IMG/VR virus record: IMGVR_UViG_3300035670_000096
DNA from: a virus
Reading direction: 5' to 3' (one strand)
Length of the DNA: 64,000 nt
Shown here: positions 1 to 10,092 of the stretch, piece by piece
Layout: each line of letters starts with the position of its first letter
How positions within the stretch are numbered: the first letter of the stretch is position 1
The notes under the pieces: generated by a model
Told to the model about the DNA's origin: nothing
What the model saw: the letters and a program-made list of their open reading frames with translations, nothing else
Databases searched by the model: none
Made by a program: the position numbers and the translations under genes

Positions 1-126
1 GGGATAACTCAGACTACAGGTGGCAACTTGATCCCAATGGAATACCGGCAGAGTGGAGAAATGACCAAGTTCAAGAAAACCAAGTCGAGATCAGGCCAGC
101 GCCATCTTGGTCTGGCAATAGCGTAA
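1..126 (+). CDS. 3' end of an upstream rightward gene (partial, runs off the window start)
   Basis: Frame 1 is open from nt 1 to TAA at 124-126 (...GQRHLGLAIA*). Same strand as the following structural operon. Too short to assign. Confidence 0.3.
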   Translation, partial: GITQTTGGNLIPMEYRQSGEMTKFKKTKSRSGQRHLGLAIA

Positions 127-161
127 CTTGCTCAACTGGTCTGTACGGGACTATCTCATCG

Positions 162-542
162 GTGAGCGGCGTAGTTGATTTTGACATAACTGTATCCGCC
201 CCTTTGTATGGAACGATTTCATCTACTTACACTGGCCCGGTGTATACAGATGTTACCTCTCCTATGGCCGGGACGATTGCGGCCTTACTGTGCTCGGCGA
301 CAAACCTCACCCAGATATTCACATACACTCTCGAAAGGGAGATTACTAGTCTTGATGACTATATCCCAGATATCCAAGACACATTTAAGCCGTATATCAA
401 GTTCATGATCCTGTCTCGCATATTTGGCATGGATGGCGAAGTAAAAAATACAACCCTTCAGAAGTACTACCTGAACAGGTCTCAAGAGGCCGTTCGCATA
501 CTACGCGCCGTAGCGCAAGAAATCCTACTAGAGGTCGCATAA
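162..542 (+). CDS. hypothetical virion-module protein (GTG start)
   Basis: 126-aa ORF. Its stop overlaps the next start (TAATG at 540-544). Lies directly upstream of the giant tail gene. Confidence 0.6.
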   Translation: MSGVVDFDITVSAPLYGTISSTYTGPVYTDVTSPMAGTIAALLCSATNLTQIFTYTLEREITSLDDYIPDIQDTFKPYIKFMILSRIFGMDGEVKNTTLQKYYLNRSQEAVRILRAVAQEILLEVA

Positions 543-805
543 TGCCTTCTTCGGTCACGATTACCCCTCGCAAGCTTTTCAAGGAAGACTTGCAGTTGAC
601 TACCAGCCCTAATGCCGCTACGTCTAACCAGACCGTGCTTGGCCTTGGTTCGGTCGCTCTCAATCCGATTGACGCAGTTCTTTACTCTGCCTTTATCCAA
701 GCCGCAGACGACCAAGCAGCTCATAACGCAGGAGTTGACAAAGGATATCTCTACTACAATACATCTACCAGTAAGCTGAAGACCCAGATGACCCACGGCA
801 ACTAA
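542..805 (+). CDS. hypothetical virion-module protein
   Basis: 87-aa ORF, translationally coupled to the previous ORF. Ends 2 nt before the start of the 1774-aa gene. Confidence 0.6.
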   Translation: MPSSVTITPRKLFKEDLQLTTSPNAATSNQTVLGLGSVALNPIDAVLYSAFIQAADDQAAHNAGVDKGYLYYNTSTSKLKTQMTHGN

Positions 806-807
806 TC

Positions 808-3800
808 ATGGCTCAAAACGTAACGCAGAGATTCCCATTTTCAAATAAAGGTGTCGTTCAAAAGATCGACATCAACCAACTGCAAGATGGTCAGTACTCA
901 TTCCTTTTGAATACTGTTTCCGAGCAGGAGGGGTCTCTGTCTCCTCGTTACGGACATCTTAATCTGACTGGTTCTTGGCCTAGCGGGACTCCGGCTTACG
1001 CAACTTCACTCCATGTATCCCAAATAGGAGCCACGTCAACTCCGACGTTTTTTCTTTCTGAAGGCACTAATATATACCGCAAGATCGGACCTTCGGGAAA
1101 CTACGAACTGATAGCTTACAATGTATCTACCTCAAACAAGCGACCCGGCATAGCTACGTACAAAACAGATCAAGTCGGAACAACCGGCATGACTTATATC
1201 GCCACAGGGTATAATGCATATCCTGGCGGCGACTACACAAGGGGGATGATCCGCAATAACGGCGTTGCTGCATCGACCGCTAAGTACTGGGGTATAATCC
1301 CGCCAGCCAAGCCAGCCTTGATTACGCCCAGCACTATGACTATCAAGGATATAGTCGTGACTGGATCTTCCGGCACTATCAACTTGGCTAATAATCGCGC
1401 TACAAACAACATCGCAAGCGCCACTGAAGAGCCTTCAGGTTCTAAGTTCTGGAAGATAACATTGTCTGGATCTCCAAGCCCCCAATGGCTCCCTGGCGTA
1501 TATATCACGGATGGATCCGGGCAGGCGTCTGTCATAGAGAAGGTTGACAAGAACGGAGTCGTTTACGCTTACTTCGCCAATCAGCCAACTACATCCATCA
1601 CGGCAAAGGAAACCGCTACTATTACAGCCTCTAGTGCGGGTGTTCCCTTTTCTGTGTCTTCTGCGACATTTTCACCCCTTGTTGACTTGTCATTTGGGCA
1701 ACAAAACGAGGACGAGGGGTATATCAGCGACGACACAGTTGCCTTGTCCTTTTATACCCAGTACCCTGAGAGGATATACGACATCAGGCTTAGGTTGTAC
1801 GTATCGAATGATGACTACTATGAGAAGGCTATCTCTCCGGGGGAGGCTCAAAATCTCCAAAACGCAGCCACGTCAAACTCCACAACAGACCCAGACAACC
1901 CAGAAGCCGCTTCAGAACTATGGAACTACGGCAGGGCGCTAGAGTCTAATGACTACACTATCCCTACAGGAGTAAAGATTAACTACGACCAGACTCAAGC
2001 CGGGTTGAACCCAGCGTTCCTTACGCCATCAAAATCTGGCGTCGGAGGGTGGAGTCAGGTAGAGATATCCAAGCGGTCATTCGTAGCCGTTGGCGGCTCC
2101 GGCAGTCCTGTAGACGGATCCGGAAGACTTAGCTGGGCTAATATCACGAAAGTCGAAGTGCTAGTCCGCCCGGTACTAGCTACCGATGTAGTGTCTTTCA
2201 AGCTAGGCGCAATCTTCGCTTACGGCGGCAAGGGTATTAACTCGAACTACAACGCAAAGCTAACTCCTTATCGCTATGTCTACACGTACAAGAATAGTGC
2301 TACAGGAGCAGAGAGCAATCCCTCTATCGAGATGGTTCCGGAAAACGGTCTAAACCTAATCCGGCAGGGCATTAACGTGAACATGCTCGGAATAGACCAG
2401 ACGGACACGCAAAGCTTCAGTTCTGAAGTGGATAAGATTTATGTGTATAGGTCTGGAGGTTCGTTTGTTGACGGATTCTACCGGCGAGTAGGTATTATCA
2501 ATAACGTTGATGCCGGGGCAGTGAATTTCATAGATACCGCTGACGATATCTCGATTGCGGGAGCGCCTATTGCGGAGTTCGACAACGATGCTCCCGTTAC
2601 TTCTGATATAGGCTTCGAGTATCGAGCAAAAACGAGCGGCGCTATAACCAGGAATGTCTTGTCAACCATCACACTTACTGACATCACATACCCTGGTGGC
2701 GGCGATTTAAGGTCTATCCTTACCCCCGGAACGGTAGTAAATATCGGAGGTGCTTCCGATCTAGCCACCGCTGCCAACACAACAGGCAAGCAAGAGTCCT
2801 GCATCGTTCTCTCTGTTGGCGCTTCTTCTTTTACGACCTATACTCAGTACGATCACGTAACCGGGGAATACATTACATGGGATACCAACGCCGGTAAATC
2901 CTGCGATGTGCTCTGCTCCGCTCTTAACCGCATGTGGGTATCTGGAGACACGGCCAACCCGCATATTCTGTATTCGTCAAAGACGGGAAGGCCGGAATCA
3001 TTTCCGGTGATTAACGAGATAACTGGTAATCCTCACGTAATAGCAGTATCATCTCCTGATAATCCGATAAACGGCATTGCTGAGTTCAATAGCGAGATTG
3101 TCTGCCTGTGCCAGAACGGGATCTATACTGTAAGGCTCGACAACGGAAGGCTCATTGGGCCGTTCAAGACTCCAGCTAATAGAGGGCTAGTGCTCAAGCA
3201 CGCATGGGGATACGTCGATAACGAGATATGGTTCCTTAGTAACGACGGCATCTACGCTTGGGGCGGCGGATCGGTACGGAAGGTTACATTTGCGATTGAC
3301 TTCATCTTTAACCGAAAGAAAGTTAACGATATCGCCTTTTTCGACCGAAGCAACTCTACATATTACCCGCTTTGCAATATCCAACAAAAGAACAATGAGG
3401 TGTTTTTCAACTACATCAACTCGGATGGCTGGTTCTTTATCCTTCGATACAATCTCTTGTTTGACCGATGGAGCCTTGACGAGGTGTACGATCCAGCTCA
3501 GTTGCAATACCCAAACGGAGAGTCTACCAGAAACGGAATCAACCTAAGGCCGACAGCTATAACTGCACTTGCGGCGGAGAAGGCAAGTGGTAAATTGTAT
3601 GCGTCTAAGACGATAGCCACAGGAGACTGGAACGACCCAGGCGGTGCTTCTTTTGGGATGTCCTTAATCGACTACGACGAAGTTTCCACCTATACCGATA
3701 ACGGAGAGCCAATCTACTATCAAGCGGAAACAAAGTTCTACGACATGGGCGCTGCCTTGGTGAAAAAGAACTTCACCGATATTGGCCTTGAGTTCACGTC

Positions 3801-6132
3801 AGGGACTGGCACTGACGCTGGGAACACTTTCTTCTACCGGGTTTACTACGACTACCTAGCTAACGCCATAAATGCAAGCACGCTGACGGCAGCCGACAAC
3901 GGGAAGACTTACGAGATATTGTTTGCAGGGACGACCGACTTTACCACTATCGGTGCGGCAAGCAGTACAGTGGGACTGACGTTTGTGAAGTCGGGCGCTG
4001 GAGCTACGGGAACTGGCTCAGTAATAGAAGTAGACGCTGGCGCTATATCAAACGCATCTTCTGGCCGTCAAATCGCAGAGTTTCCACTTCAACAATTAAG
4101 TAACGCTTCTTCAGGAAGAGAGGCTCGCGCCGCCTTATTCAGCCTTCATGGGTTATCGAAGGCATACAACACATTCCACAACTTTGCCTACACATTCATA
4201 CCTCTTTCCGATGTAATCAAGGGCAGGGTAACGGACTGGGACGACCTGGGCCACCCATTTGATAAGAGGCTCTTCAACGTAACCATTGAGTACGACAACA
4301 ACAATACAAACCTAGTCTTACTACTAGATACCATTAGTGGATTAAATAGCGCCACTACAACCCTTGGAGCGCAGACTATCACTCTTCCGGCCAAGGTCGG
4401 CAGGGCTAAGAGCAGTATCCCCATTACCGCCGATATCATCGCCAAGATGGTAAGGATCCGCCCTCAAGTAGCTACAACTGATTACCAGATATTCAACTAC
4501 TCCTTCCAGAAGGAAGACTACCCAAGGGATATCGTCAATAACACCGACTGGTCGGACCTTGGTTATGCATACGAGAAGAGGCTGTATCAGTTGTATATCA
4601 ATTGCGACACCAACAGTCAGAACGTCAGTGTCGCCATTGAAGCAGACGGCGCTGTGCTTCAGACTGTCACTGTAAACGGAAGCGCGACGAATCGTATGCA
4701 GACGATTCCGATCAATAAAGACCTGATCGGAAAGCTAATCAGGCTAAAGGTGTCCGGTGCTATCCCTTCTGGAGGAAAGTTCCAGTTATTCGACTTCAAG
4801 TTTGATTACGAGAAACTCCCCCAGCCTGCCGTCCTATCTACTCCGTGGACGGACTTTGGATACGACTACTTGAAGTACGCCGAGCAAGTCAGCTTCGATG
4901 TGAATACGAACAATCAGCCTGTTCCTGTTTCAATCTACGGAGACGGCGTACTAATGCAGACCGTGACCGTGACCGGCACTCAGGCTAATAGGAACCAGAT
5001 TATAACACTGGATCCGGGGCTTACTTTCCGTACAATGAGGCTTGAAGTTGGTGTTATTCCGGCAGGCGGAAGGTTCCAGTTATGGGATTATAGGCCAATC
5101 TTCCGACCAGCGGATAAGGGAGAGGTTTACCACACGTTCGACTGGGACAACCTTGAGCATCCATACGACAAAAAGATCAGCGAAGTAACCATTGAGTTCG
5201 AGACTACTACCGCTGACGTAAGAATAGCTATCGACACGCTATCAGGCATAGACGGGAACACCAGAACCACTCCCTTCCAAACCCTAACCCTACCCAACAC
5301 TAGCGGGAATAGAGGCTTTAAGACGTTCCCGATCAACGAGACGATATGCAAGATGGTTCGGGTCCGTGCCCTTGGACAGCTATCTGACAACAAACTGCTT
5401 GCCTCGTTCAAGATGTGGGGATATAGGTTCGGCAACACGATCCCGTATCCTCCCGATATTCAGCGGTTTTCTGAATGGACCGACTTGGATTACCCTTGCG
5501 ACAAGATATTCCGTGGAGTCGGCCTTACGATTGATACTGGCGGCGTGAACTGCACTGTTAATCTTGAAGTCGATGGAGTCATTAAAGAGACTTTCACGGT
5601 CAACACTACAAGCGCGTCCCGGCAGGTATTTCTGACCGCACAAGACAATGTGGAAATCATTGGGAAGATGTATCGCCTTACCTTCATCCCAGGAGTTAAC
5701 GGCAAAGCGCAAGTATTCGGCGTGCCGCAATTTAACACGGTAAAAGACTCTTGCCCATTTGTCTTTCTTGACAGCTACGAGCAAGGTCTAGGAAGCGCGG
5801 GGTATTCGGCATTGAAGCAGTTCTGGGCTGATTACAAGTGCGCTGGGAGCATAATCATTAAGTTCTACAACGAAGAAAATGTCTTGTTCTATTCCAAGAC
5901 GCTTCCGCCACACGCATCTAGGGACGTGCAAAGATTCTACTTGCCATCGAAAAATGGTAACGTGATAAACAAGAGCAAGAAGCATCGGATAACGATTGAG
6001 TCCGCAGACCCGGCTCTGCCGTTTAAGTGGTACAGGGACACCTCCAGGCTGGAGTACATTAACCTGTCATCCGATCAGCGCCAAGGGTATTATCAATTTA
6101 TCCCGTGGACCAATATGCAATTGCCGGTATAA
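808..6132 (+). CDS. giant tail protein (possible tail-tubular-B/nozzle-like N-terminus fused to repeat domains)
   Basis: Uninterrupted 1774-aa ORF. The N-terminus (NKGVVQKIDINQLQDGQ...EQEGSLSPRYG) weakly resembles, from memory, the T7-type gp12 N-terminus. The C-terminal third is five tandem ~100-aa repeats. Confidence 0.55.
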   Translation: MAQNVTQRFPFSNKGVVQKIDINQLQDGQYSFLLNTVSEQEGSLSPRYGHLNLTGSWPSGTPAYATSLHVSQIGATSTPTFFLSEGTNIYRKIGPSGNYELIAYNVSTSNKRPGIATYKTDQVGTTGMTYIATGYNAYPGGDYTRGMIRNNGVAASTAKYWGIIPPAKPALITPSTMTIKDIVVTGSSGTINLANNRATNNIASATEEPSGSKFWKITLSGSPSPQWLPGVYITDGSGQASVIEKVDKNGVVYAYFANQPTTSITAKETATITASSAGVPFSVSSATFSPLVDLSFGQQNEDEGYISDDTVALSFYTQYPERIYDIRLRLYVSNDDYYEKAISPGEAQNLQNAATSNSTTDPDNPEAASELWNYGRALESNDYTIPTGVKINYDQTQAGLNPAFLTPSKSGVGGWSQVEISKRSFVAVGGSGSPVDGSGRLSWANITKVEVLVRPVLATDVVSFKLGAIFAYGGKGINSNYNAKLTPYRYVYTYKNSATGAESNPSIEMVPENGLNLIRQGINVNMLGIDQTDTQSFSSEVDKIYVYRSGGSFVDGFYRRVGIINNVDAGAVNFIDTADDISIAGAPIAEFDNDAPVTSDIGFEYRAKTSGAITRNVLSTITLTDITYPGGGDLRSILTPGTVVNIGGASDLATAANTTGKQESCIVLSVGASSFTTYTQYDHVTGEYITWDTNAGKSCDVLCSALNRMWVSGDTANPHILYSSKTGRPESFPVINEITGNPHVIAVSSPDNPINGIAEFNSEIVCLCQNGIYTVRLDNGRLIGPFKTPANRGLVLKHAWGYVDNEIWFLSNDGIYAWGGGSVRKVTFAIDFIFNRKKVNDIAFFDRSNSTYYPLCNIQQKNNEVFFNYINSDGWFFILRYNLLFDRWSLDEVYDPAQLQYPNGESTRNGINLRPTAITALAAEKASGKLYASKTIATGDWNDPGGASFGMSLIDYDEVSTYTDNGEPIYYQAETKFYDMGAALVKKNFTDIGLEFTSGTGTDAGNTFFYRVYYDYLANAINASTLTAADNGKTYEILFAGTTDFTTIGAASSTVGLTFVKSGAGATGTGSVIEVDAGAISNASSGRQIAEFPLQQLSNASSGREARAALFSLHGLSKAYNTFHNFAYTFIPLSDVIKGRVTDWDDLGHPFDKRLFNVTIEYDNNNTNLVLLLDTISGLNSATTTLGAQTITLPAKVGRAKSSIPITADIIAKMVRIRPQVATTDYQIFNYSFQKEDYPRDIVNNTDWSDLGYAYEKRLYQLYINCDTNSQNVSVAIEADGAVLQTVTVNGSATNRMQTIPINKDLIGKLIRLKVSGAIPSGGKFQLFDFKFDYEKLPQPAVLSTPWTDFGYDYLKYAEQVSFDVNTNNQPVPVSIYGDGVLMQTVTVTGTQANRNQIITLDPGLTFRTMRLEVGVIPAGGRFQLWDYRPIFRPADKGEVYHTFDWDNLEHPYDKKISEVTIEFETTTADVRIAIDTLSGIDGNTRTTPFQTLTLPNTSGNRGFKTFPINETICKMVRVRALGQLSDNKLLASFKMWGYRFGNTIPYPPDIQRFSEWTDLDYPCDKIFRGVGLTIDTGGVNCTVNLEVDGVIKETFTVNTTSASRQVFLTAQDNVEIIGKMYRLTFIPGVNGKAQVFGVPQFNTVKDSCPFVFLDSYEQGLGSAGYSALKQFWADYKCAGSIIIKFYNEENVLFYSKTLPPHASRDVQRFYLPSKNGNVINKSKKHRITIESADPALPFKWYRDTSRLEYINLSSDQRQGYYQFIPWTNMQLPV
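4226..5760 (+). repeat. five tandem ~100-aa (about 300-nt) domain repeats inside the giant tail gene
   Basis: Each unit starts with a related motif: TDWDDLGHPFDKR, TDWSDLGYAYEKR, TPWTDFGYDYLKY, FDWDNLEHPYDKK, SEWTDLDYPCDKI. Each ends with a hydrophobic F/W-x-Y/F strand such as FQLFDFKF, FQLWDYRP or FKMWGYRF. Confidence 0.8.
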
Positions 6133-6135
6133 CAC

Positions 6136-6756
6136 ATGGAAACCAAAGAACCAGATAGCAGATTATCAGTTCGCAAGGAAGACTTGGACGACCAAGAGTT
6201 ATACCGCCTAAATCAAGTCATAAGCGATCTGTACTCTAAGATAAACTCCGCTCGGGATGGCGCTGGAGATGGGTCTTCGAGGAACTTCACGCGATCTGGC
6301 GTTAAGCCTTCTGATGGAGTGACTTCCTCTCTCCCGCCTCCGGCTCCTCCTGGATCTACTGGCGCAGGAGAGTACTTTATTCGTTTTGTGGATGAAAGCA
6401 ATTCGGTAGCGGCTGGCACTGACATCGGAACTACTTGGGGTAGGATTGATTGCGCCACTGGAGAGTCAGTAAAAGTTCAGGAGATCGGAATCGTTTCCAG
6501 GATACCTCCATCCGGTGCCTCTTTTATCGTAGACATACTTTACTCAATAGACTCCGGGGCGACGTGGACTAGCCTATTCCCATTAGGAACCGCCAACAAG
6601 CTAGTCTTGCCTTCCGGTTCGAGGGTAGCAACAAATACCAACTTTGCAGTATCCGTACTCCCGCGAAATGCCCTACTGAGGACTGATTACCTTCAGGTAG
6701 GTTCTAGTATCAGTGGAGGCGGTATTGTGATAACCTTAAACGGAGAGATAATCTAA
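6136..6756 (+). CDS. hypothetical virion protein
   Basis: 206-aa ORF starting 3 nt after the giant tail gene. Has a charged helical N-terminus followed by a beta-rich-looking C-terminus. Confidence 0.6.
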   Translation: METKEPDSRLSVRKEDLDDQELYRLNQVISDLYSKINSARDGAGDGSSRNFTRSGVKPSDGVTSSLPPPAPPGSTGAGEYFIRFVDESNSVAAGTDIGTTWGRIDCATGESVKVQEIGIVSRIPPSGASFIVDILYSIDSGATWTSLFPLGTANKLVLPSGSRVATNTNFAVSVLPRNALLRTDYLQVGSSISGGGIVITLNGEII

Positions 6757-8186
6757 TGAATATTCCCTACGCTTCACCTATTGAGTTTGTCGCTATAAAT
6801 GGATCGGACGCGGCAACCCACATTGATGAGCTGTATGACGTGTTAGATGATTGCCAGTGGGTGTTGTCGGACACGACTGGAACCGCAGTTGCGACCATTA
6901 CTAGTACAAATGCTTCTAATGGCGATACCGTAACCGTTGGGACGATTGTATACAAATTTGTAAACACACTCGCAGCCGCGTACGACGTTCTGATCGGAGC
7001 TACGGCGGATGATACGGCAGATAATCTTGCCGCCGCGATCAATGACACTTCCGGAGAGGGCGTTCAGTACGGAACGGGGACAGCGGCGAATCCGGATGTT
7101 ACTGCTGTGTCCAGTGTGGCGACCGTTACCGTCACCAACATATCAACAGGGGCTGTGTCGGTCTCTTTGAGCGCGAATGCCTCATTTCGCGTAACGTGGT
7201 CAAGTCTATTCACAACAGGGGGTGGATTTGCGGCATACAGCAGAGCGGATCACCCATGCGGATATCAGGTTAGGCTTAATGCTTACATAGGATCCACTTC
7301 TCCTTCCTCTACTGTTCGAAATGTCTTTTATCGAGTTTCAAGCGCAGACGTAAGTAGAAATATAAATAGAGTATTCGTCACAATGGCTGCCACCAGGACG
7401 TACAGGGTAAGGGCAACTCCTTACGATTGCTTTGTGTTTCGAACTGGAACTACAAGTGATAATTTCTATTGTGGCGCTTTGTGGAATCCTGTCGAGTGGG
7501 CACCACCTGCAATCACCGCAATTACAACCGGATCGCCAACCACCATAACCCAGACAGCACACGGATTAAGCACTGGACAAGATGTAACTCTTTGCGGTAT
7601 TACTGGATCTGCTTCATGGGAAGGAACAACCGGAAGTCCCTACCCTGTTAATGTTGTAGACGCAGACAACTATACTATACCGCTCGACTCCACTTCCTTT
7701 GGAACTCCTGTTTCTCTTGGAACAGCCGGAGACAACTCCCAAATAAGCCTAGCTATACTCGTAGCAGGAGTAGGGTCTAGTAGTAATAACTTTAGAAGCG
7801 ATATATCTTTAGAATTATTCGACCCTTCTCAAGTGTCCTCAGGCTGGGCACACCTAAATGGAACTGTCTATTCAGATAGGTCCATAGCCAGCACGATAGC
7901 ATGTTGCGCTATAACTCCTCTCACTAATTCATCGCTTAGGGTTGGAGATTCTAACTACTATGTATATCAGCCAGCGATAGTATCACTTGCTGGACAAACA
8001 TTGACGTTCCCAAAACTAATGGGGTGTATATGGAACGCTGTCATGTATCAAGCGCCGGGAGCGGTCGAGACCGACCTAGACCAAATACCATTAGATTCAA
8101 GAAAGTTTTACAACCTCAAGATAGGCAATATCTCTCCCCTCGCACAGAGAGGCGCGCTCTTCATAGAGGTTCCAGCGGCTCCATAA
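6756..8186 (+). CDS. putative tail fibre/spike-like structural protein
   Basis: 476-aa ORF with a TAATG overlap to the previous gene. Ala/Thr/Val/Gly-rich N-terminal segment (TAVATITSTNASNGDTVTVGT...). Function inferred from position in the tail module only. Confidence 0.45.
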   Translation: MNIPYASPIEFVAINGSDAATHIDELYDVLDDCQWVLSDTTGTAVATITSTNASNGDTVTVGTIVYKFVNTLAAAYDVLIGATADDTADNLAAAINDTSGEGVQYGTGTAANPDVTAVSSVATVTVTNISTGAVSVSLSANASFRVTWSSLFTTGGGFAAYSRADHPCGYQVRLNAYIGSTSPSSTVRNVFYRVSSADVSRNINRVFVTMAATRTYRVRATPYDCFVFRTGTTSDNFYCGALWNPVEWAPPAITAITTGSPTTITQTAHGLSTGQDVTLCGITGSASWEGTTGSPYPVNVVDADNYTIPLDSTSFGTPVSLGTAGDNSQISLAILVAGVGSSSNNFRSDISLELFDPSQVSSGWAHLNGTVYSDRSIASTIACCAITPLTNSSLRVGDSNYYVYQPAIVSLAGQTLTFPKLMGCIWNAVMYQAPGAVETDLDQIPLDSRKFYNLKIGNISPLAQRGALFIEVPAAP

Positions 8187-8196
8187 GGTAAAGACC

Positions 8197-8523
8197 ATGC
8201 CAAGAGTAACGTTTGAGCAAGTGCAGTGGGGCGATCTGTCCAGCAAGAACTACGGATCCGGTAGCGGAATCGGAAGCTTTGCCGAAGACGTAATTCAGCA
8301 CGAGATAGAATACGAAACCGATGGAAAATTTGGCGGACCAGAAAGCTTTACGGACTCTACGCCAAATACATACAACGCCGCCATGCTTGACGTATCGGTT
8401 TCGTCTCTAAGGAATGAGATAGTAAGGGCTGCTAAAATCGAACCAAGGGTGATAGCTGGTGCCGTCATCATATACGACGGTGCACTAATATTCGGTAATT
8501 GTTACTCTGTTGGGTGGCGGTAG
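8197..8523 (+). CDS. hypothetical protein
   Basis: 108-aa ORF in the operon with no recognisable motif. Confidence 0.55.
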   Translation: MPRVTFEQVQWGDLSSKNYGSGSGIGSFAEDVIQHEIEYETDGKFGGPESFTDSTPNTYNAAMLDVSVSSLRNEIVRAAKIEPRVIAGAVIIYDGALIFGNCYSVGWR

Positions 8524-8553
8524 TCAACTGCAATTTCTTCAGTAAGGAATCGA

Positions 8554-9102
8554 ATGATAGCAATAGAGCCAATTAACAAATTCCCCGACCTAATCGGATT
8601 ATGGTATCTGACGATGGCCCACTCGGGACGGGCAAGCAGCGTCTTTTACTCGTTCCCTCACGACCTTAAAACATCTCTCGACTGGGCGATGAACACGACG
8701 GCCTTCTATGGGGCTTTCCGAGGTAAAGAACTGATCGGCGCTGGCTGGGTGGATAATCTACTGGTAATCGGATCCGATCCTCCAATGACCAAGGCAGAAC
8801 TAGGGTTTGGGTTCATGCCTAGCTGTAGTATATTCGAGGCTTTACACGCTGGCCGTCTCATGTTAGACTATACCTTTGACGTGTACGGTATCGACTTCCT
8901 GTTTGGTACAACTCCTTTATCAAATAAAGCCGCACTCGCATACGCCAAAAGATTAGGGCTAAGGCAATACGAGCCAGTCGATAATTTCTGTACCTACCAA
9001 GGCAAGATCGACGCTTGCGTAACCTCAGCCGTATCAAAGGAGGCATGGATTGAGCGAAGAAACAAAGAAGAATATCGAGTCGTTTCTAAAGTCGGCTCGT
9101 AA
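8554..9102 (+). CDS. GNAT-like N-acetyltransferase (tentative)
   Basis: 182-aa ORF. The segment ...AELGFGF...GRLMLDYTFDVYGIDFLFGTTPLSNKAALAYAKRLGL... looks like the GNAT beta4-alpha3 / alpha4 region. The 3' end overlaps recA by 53 nt. Confidence 0.4.
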   Translation: MIAIEPINKFPDLIGLWYLTMAHSGRASSVFYSFPHDLKTSLDWAMNTTAFYGAFRGKELIGAGWVDNLLVIGSDPPMTKAELGFGFMPSCSIFEALHAGRLMLDYTFDVYGIDFLFGTTPLSNKAALAYAKRLGLRQYEPVDNFCTYQGKIDACVTSAVSKEAWIERRNKEEYRVVSKVGS

Positions 9103-10027
9103 GGAATTTGGCGATGAGTCTGTAATCACCGCCAAGGATAAAAAGACCAACGTAGATGTCATATCAACTGGCTCTGTGAAGATAGACATCGCTACCGGAA
9201 TCGGCGGAATCCCTCGTGGAAGGATTACGGAAGTCTTTGGAATGGAATCGTCTGGCAAGACTACGCTTGCCCTGCAAGCCGCCGCAAACTGCCAGAAAGC
9301 AGGCCATAGCGTCCTGTTCGTTGACGTAGAGCACGCCCTCGACCCGAAGTACGCCCGTAACCTCGGTATCGACATGGACGAGTTGATTATAAGTCAGCCT
9401 GATAACGGAGAGCAGGCGTTGGACATCATCAAGTTCGGCTTGCAGTCTAAGGCCTTCGGTATGATTGTACTTGACTCAGTAGCCTCACTGGTTCCCCGAG
9501 TGGTCTTCGAGGGCGACATGGCAGATGCTAATGTTGGCATAGTGGCAAGACTAATGTCTAAGGCTTGTCCGCTCTTTGCTGACCTAGCATCTGACGCCAA
9601 CACAGCCGTTTTAATGATTAACCAGATACGGTCTACCATCGGAATATCGTACGGAGATCCCACGGTCACCAGCGGAGGAAAGGCGCTGAAGTTCTACGCT
9701 TCAGTCCGTATGCAAACGTTCCGCTCTACTCTTCACAAAGATGGCGAGCTGGTGGTGGGTAATACTGTAAAAGTGAAAGTTGTAAAGAACAAGCTGGCCC
9801 CGCCTTTCCGTGAGTGCGAAACCGAAATAGTTTACGGCGAAGGGTTTAGCCGGGAAAGCGACCTGATTGATCTTGGTCAAGAAAAGGGATTTATCGAACG
9901 AAGCGGGGCTTGGTACACGATAAACGGAGAGCGATTGCAGGGCAAGGAGAAAGCAACTCAGTACTTGTTAGTTAACCCGGCTTACTGTTCTGAGTTGGAA
10001 GCGCAAGTTATCGCAACCCTCGGGTAG
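9050..10027 (+). CDS. recA: RecA recombinase (TTG start)
   Basis: Walker A GMESSGKTTLAL, plus VLFVDVEHALDP, IVLDSVASLVPR, LMINQIRSTIG, GGKALKFYASVRM and KNKLAPPFRE. AAGGAGG lies 6-7 nt upstream of TTG at 9050. No in-frame ATG preserves the N-terminus. Confidence 0.95.
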   Translation: MSEETKKNIESFLKSARKEFGDESVITAKDKKTNVDVISTGSVKIDIATGIGGIPRGRITEVFGMESSGKTTLALQAAANCQKAGHSVLFVDVEHALDPKYARNLGIDMDELIISQPDNGEQALDIIKFGLQSKAFGMIVLDSVASLVPRVVFEGDMADANVGIVARLMSKACPLFADLASDANTAVLMINQIRSTIGISYGDPTVTSGGKALKFYASVRMQTFRSTLHKDGELVVGNTVKVKVVKNKLAPPFRECETEIVYGEGFSRESDLIDLGQEKGFIERSGAWYTINGERLQGKEKATQYLLVNPAYCSELEAQVIATLG

Positions 10028-10044
10028 TATTTTACTTTGATATT

Positions 10045-10092
10045 GGGAGACTCCAAAACCTACAATCTAGGTAGAGGAGTCTCCTTTTATTT
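10045..10092 (+). terminator. possible rho-independent terminator after recA
   Basis: GGGAGACTCC (10045-10054) pairs with GGAGTCTCC (10076-10084) and is followed by TTTTATTT. The loop is unusually long (21 nt). Confidence 0.4.
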
